From assembly GCA_965223845.1 (NCBI GenBank), contig CBDCXR010000004.1, positions 6,176,001 to 6,240,000 on the forward strand: DNA of 64,000 nucleotides, read 5' to 3'. The translations under genes and the position numbers were made by a program. The notes under the pieces were generated by a model. The model worked only from the letters and a program-made list of their open reading frames with translations, was not told the origin of the DNA and did not search any database. This DNA is from Planctomycetota bacterium. GTDB taxonomy: Bacteria; Planctomycetota; UBA8108; SXIK01. Below, in pieces: positions 60,208 to 64,000 of this stretch (position 1 is the stretch's first letter; every line of letters begins with the position of its first letter).

Positions 60208-62898
60208 ATGTACAAATGGCGCCAACGAATCGCGGCCGCGATCCTCGCCCTTCCGGCGTGCACGTTCGTTGGTTTTCTCGTGTACCGCCACGTCCGCGAA
60301 CGCGTCGAGCTCGCGCGCGTTGTGAACGGCGATCGGGCGCGGAGTGAGGCTGCTGCGGCTTGGCTCGCGGAGACCAAGATTCCGGGTGCAGTCGAGGCTT
60401 TGCTCGCGCGAGGGAAGGCGGATATCGAGCGCACGATTTCCGAGCTGGGTCTCGGAGACCAGCCCTGGACGGGGCCGGATCTCGCGCCAGCCTACATTAA
60501 CCGCGCGCTCGATTCGCTCCTCTGGCCTCCCTACGACCCTCTGGTTGCTGAGCTTCTCGCTGACTCGGAGCCTCGGGTCCGTGCGTGGGCGGCGAAAGTG
60601 CTCGGACGTCAGTCCTCGCGAAGTGAGGGCGCGCTGGTAGCGCTCGCTCGTGCGACTCGAGACGAAGATTTCGAGACAGCTCGCTGGGCTAGCGAGGCGC
60701 TTCTCCGCGAGGGTCGGCGCGCCGCGAAGTTCCTCGTGGACGCGATCCCTATCGAGGACGCCCCAGTCACGGCACGGGACAACTTGACATGGGAGGAGTT
60801 CCTCGATCGAAGCTGGACTTATAAAGCGATTGTTCGATTGGGACCGAACGCCAAAGCGGTTCGCCATCGATTCCGCGAACGCATCGAGAGAATCGAGTCA
60901 CGACTTACCGACACCGACCGCCGCGCGCACCGATCGCGCTACCTGGCGACGGGGTTTCACGCTCTCCTGATCCCCCTCAGCGACGAGATGGAGGCGGAGT
61001 TTATACGTCCATTGGAACGATCGCTCGCGCCCACGCCGACGCTCGGCGGCGGCAGAGGTCGACCGGAAACCGCGCGCTTCATCTCTCGTTTGCTAGACGC
61101 AATGGCCATGGCCTCGCAGGCCGTAGGTGAGACCCTGGACGCGCGCGTCTTCCGACGAATTGCGCTCGGCCTCGAGGAGCGGCGGTCACGGATACCGATC
61201 GAGGAGCGTCACTTGGCTGTGAAACTGGAACCATTGAGAGACTCGGATCGGGAACGCCGAGTCGAAAGTTTCCTCTTCGCCCTCGATCGACTCGGCCCGA
61301 GGGCGGAATCCGCGATTCCGCGTGTCGTGAAGCTCGCGGATTCCGCCGCCGATTCGTGGTTCATTTTCCGAGAGGTTTTGAGGCCCGGGGCAAACGTATC
61401 GCGACCAGAGATTAGCGCCGCGGTCGCCGTTCCCCTCTTGCTCGAGTCCGGACTCGATCGATTGGTGTCTCTGCAACAGCTTTCCCGGTATCCCGAGTAC
61501 GCGTCCGAAATCGTGCCGGCGATCGAGCAGGACTTGATGGCCGATTCGCGCGAGATTCGCTGCGAAGCGGCGCGCACATTGCGGGCGATGGGTGAGCTCG
61601 GAAGACGAACGACGGACGCCACGATCGCACGGTTCGGAAAGGAGAACCGCGTTTGGCTCGCTGAGGTGCTGTCGTATCTCGACCCAACCGATCCCCGAAT
61701 GGCGGAGTACGTCGTTTCCGAACTCTCGCGGCCATCGGGCGAGCCTCGTCTAGAGATTCTCCGACGAGTGGGCGCGGTCGAGTCGGCGATCGAAACTGTG
61801 CGTCCGAAGCTTCGGGCATGGCTCGGCCATGGGGATTCCGCCGTACGGCTGTGGGCCGCGGCCGCATTCTGCCTCCAGGATCCGGATACGACCGAGGCGA
61901 TGCGAGCGCTCGAGGCTGCGTGCACAGATCAGGCGCTGGTGACGGAAGACCGCGAAACACCGGAGCTGTTTCGGACGCTCGAGGAGTGCGGAGAACGAGG
62001 ACTCGACGTCCTCGCGAGATTGTTCGAGAGTAGCCCGAAACGCCTGCATGAGGCTGCGTTCGAGAGTCTCCACCGAATGAATCCCGGCGAAGAGTCTCTT
62101 CCCGTACTCCGGCGGATGCTCGGCAACAGGAGCACGGAACTGCTTGCCGTCGCGCTCCACTTGACGGGGAAACTGGGCGTGAAGGCTCGGTCTCTACGCT
62201 CCACCGTCGAGGAGTTGACCGAGCATTCCCTCGTCGAGCTTCGAGAGCTCGCGTTCAGCACGCTCGGCAAGATCGCGCCGAACGCGGTGCTCCCCCGGCC
62301 GGCCGACCTCGAGCCGATCGAAAAACTCCTCGCGGCGCTGGAGACCGGCACCCCCAGTGAACGGCGCGACGCGCTGCTCACGCTCGCGTGGAACGACCAA
62401 GATGATCCGCGAACGCTCGACGCTCTTCTCGCCGGAATTCGCGATCCGTCCCTCGCGTACTCGTCATCGCGAGGACTCGTCGGGTTGGGCGCTCGATCGG
62501 TGGACGGGTTGATGCCACTTCTCGAGCACCCGTCCGAGGAGACGCGATCATGGGTGGCGTACACTCTCGGGCGAATCGGCATCGAAGCGAGCGCGTCGAT
62601 TCCCGCGCTCGTTCGAGCTGCGCGGGACGAAGATTGGGTGACTCGCGCGAATGCGATTCAGGCGCTCGGGCGCGTGGGTCGCGGGGACGAACGCGCCCGT
62701 GACGCTGTTCTCCGAGGATTGCTCGATCTCGAAGGAGACCTTCGCTGGTACGCGATAGAGGCGAAGGCTCGGCTCCAATCTGACGAACCGATCCCAAGAG
62801 ACGAGACCGACTGGCTCGATATCTTTAGTCGTTTCTATCCCTACTACGGTTCCCGGCGCGGGCGGTGCGACCACCGTACGTTTTGTACACGTGGATGA
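60208..62898 (+). CDS. HEAT-repeat protein with N-terminal membrane anchor
   Basis: VRAWAAKVLG, AYTLGRIG...IPALV, RANAIQALG repeats. Confidence 0.82.
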   Translation: MYKWRQRIAAAILALPACTFVGFLVYRHVRERVELARVVNGDRARSEAAAAWLAETKIPGAVEALLARGKADIERTISELGLGDQPWTGPDLAPAYINRALDSLLWPPYDPLVAELLADSEPRVRAWAAKVLGRQSSRSEGALVALARATRDEDFETARWASEALLREGRRAAKFLVDAIPIEDAPVTARDNLTWEEFLDRSWTYKAIVRLGPNAKAVRHRFRERIERIESRLTDTDRRAHRSRYLATGFHALLIPLSDEMEAEFIRPLERSLAPTPTLGGGRGRPETARFISRLLDAMAMASQAVGETLDARVFRRIALGLEERRSRIPIEERHLAVKLEPLRDSDRERRVESFLFALDRLGPRAESAIPRVVKLADSAADSWFIFREVLRPGANVSRPEISAAVAVPLLLESGLDRLVSLQQLSRYPEYASEIVPAIEQDLMADSREIRCEAARTLRAMGELGRRTTDATIARFGKENRVWLAEVLSYLDPTDPRMAEYVVSELSRPSGEPRLEILRRVGAVESAIETVRPKLRAWLGHGDSAVRLWAAAAFCLQDPDTTEAMRALEAACTDQALVTEDRETPELFRTLEECGERGLDVLARLFESSPKRLHEAAFESLHRMNPGEESLPVLRRMLGNRSTELLAVALHLTGKLGVKARSLRSTVEELTEHSLVELRELAFSTLGKIAPNAVLPRPADLEPIEKLLAALETGTPSERRDALLTLAWNDQDDPRTLDALLAGIRDPSLAYSSSRGLVGLGARSVDGLMPLLEHPSEETRSWVAYTLGRIGIEASASIPALVRAARDEDWVTRANAIQALGRVGRGDERARDAVLRGLLDLEGDLRWYAIEAKARLQSDEPIPRDETDWLDIFSRFYPYYGSRRGRCDHRTFCTRG

Positions 62899-62963
62899 TG
62901 CGGCGACGACGGACGACCCAAACTCGCGGTCGGTAAGCGTCTGGGAGTCGGGCTGCCCCTCGT

Positions 62964-63560
62964 TTGAGGTCGTGGCGCGACTCACTCCCGAAGAAAGAAG
63001 GGCTTGGCGTGTTCGAGCGGCTGTTCCGGAGGCGGCCTTGGAGTCTCGTCGATCCCGATTGGGATCTGGAGATCGTCGAGTTTGCGATGGAGATGGAGGA
63101 GACGTTTGAGATCTCAATTCCAGACGAGCAGGCCGAGAGGATCCGCACGATCGGGGACTTGAAAACGTATTTGACTGCGAACTGCTGGTCGCAGCCCGCG
63201 AGTTCCTGCGCGACTCAGGCTGCGTTCTGCCGCTTGAGATCTCGAGCCTGCAGTGTGCTCGGAGTGTCGAAGACCGCCGTGGTTCCACGGACGCGATGGC
63301 TCGTGCTCCTGCCTCCCGACGACACGTTTCGCCTCTGGTCGCAGATCGCTCGCGAAGCCGGAGTTCCGCCTCCGACCGTAAGGGACCCACGTCGAGGGCG
63401 CGACGGGTTGCCGCTGAATCGAACCACCGTTGGCGAGGTTGCGAAATTGCTCGCCGCGCTGGCCCCGCGGGTAGATGACATCTCAGCGCGGATAGATCGA
63501 CTGGTAATGAACTTTTTCGACGTGACGGATTTTACGGACGAAGTGGGCTGGTGCGGCTGA
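62964..63560 (+). CDS. Protein with acyl-carrier-protein-like segment
   Basis: IVEFAMEMEETFEISIPDEQAERIRTIGDL followed by CATQAAFCRLR; start uncertain. Confidence 0.7.
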   Translation: MRSWRDSLPKKEGLGVFERLFRRRPWSLVDPDWDLEIVEFAMEMEETFEISIPDEQAERIRTIGDLKTYLTANCWSQPASSCATQAAFCRLRSRACSVLGVSKTAVVPRTRWLVLLPPDDTFRLWSQIAREAGVPPPTVRDPRRGRDGLPLNRTTVGEVAKLLAALAPRVDDISARIDRLVMNFFDVTDFTDEVGWCG

Positions 63561-63726
63561 GAGTTGAGCGTCGCGAGTCTCTTCTCTCGCGATCTCGCGC
63601 GTCCTCTGTGATGCGCGCTTCGTTCGCGGTTTCGCGCGGTCACGCGTCAGCTTTGGATGCCCGGGCCACGATCCATTCGCGCGCCGAGCGTCGCGTCAAC
63701 GCCGACGCTCGGCGCGTTCCAAGAAG

Positions 63727-64000
63727 CTACGGAGCGTGAACGTTCCAAGCCGGTGGCCACGGATCCGTGAGGGCGCCGTCCACGATATCGACCATCGCGA
63801 CGGTCGGCGGAAGTGCTCCGAGATCGTTGTCCCCCGGGAGCGGCGGGAACGTGATCGCGGCCGACGGAACGCCGGGAGGAAGTTGCACCTTGAGAAGAAG
63901 GCGCGGCGCGAGGCCGAGGCTCGCCGCGGTACGCGACGGATGATTGTCCGACCAGATCGATTTCTGAACGTTTAGCTCCGTCGGCGGGATGTACAGCACG
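63727..64000 (-). CDS. C-terminal end of a hypothetical protein entering from the right edge
   Basis: Open frame from the window edge to TAG at 63727-63729 with protein-like composition. Confidence 0.5.
   Translation of the reverse strand, partial: VLYIPPTELNVQKSIWSDNHPSRTAASLGLAPRLLLKVQLPPGVPSAAITFPPLPGDNDLGALPPTVAMVDIVDGALTDPWPPAWNVHAP

Overview
High-GC bacterial DNA with a Planctomycetota-type gene repertoire: DUF1549/DUF1553 and DUF1592 cytochrome-c proteins, DUF1501, DUF1552, an ECF sigma fused to extracytoplasmic domains, a TIGR02999-type ECF plus Ser/Thr kinase, and four secreted proteins ending in a dockerin-like domain. About 36 real genes are supported; most other track ORFs are antisense shadows. 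No rRNA, tRNA or CRISPR array was seen. The strongest signal is at 44122-48240 (minus strand), where an FG-GAP/VCBS ORF and an ASPIC/UnbV-redoxin-TPR ORF are one reading frame broken by a single TGA. That TGA is followed by a hairpin fitting the bacterial SECIS model, which suggests a ~1372-aa candidate selenoprotein. Other points of note: a serine protease gene missing from the ORF track, downstream of a secretin; three copies of a hairpin repeat; a RAYT-type transposase; a yhaO/yhaN pair split by mddA and an HSP90-like two-gene module; a kinase-linked ECF sigma with Asp at its expected phospho-Thr site; and an amber-interrupted gene. All calls come from reading motifs by eye; no searches were run.
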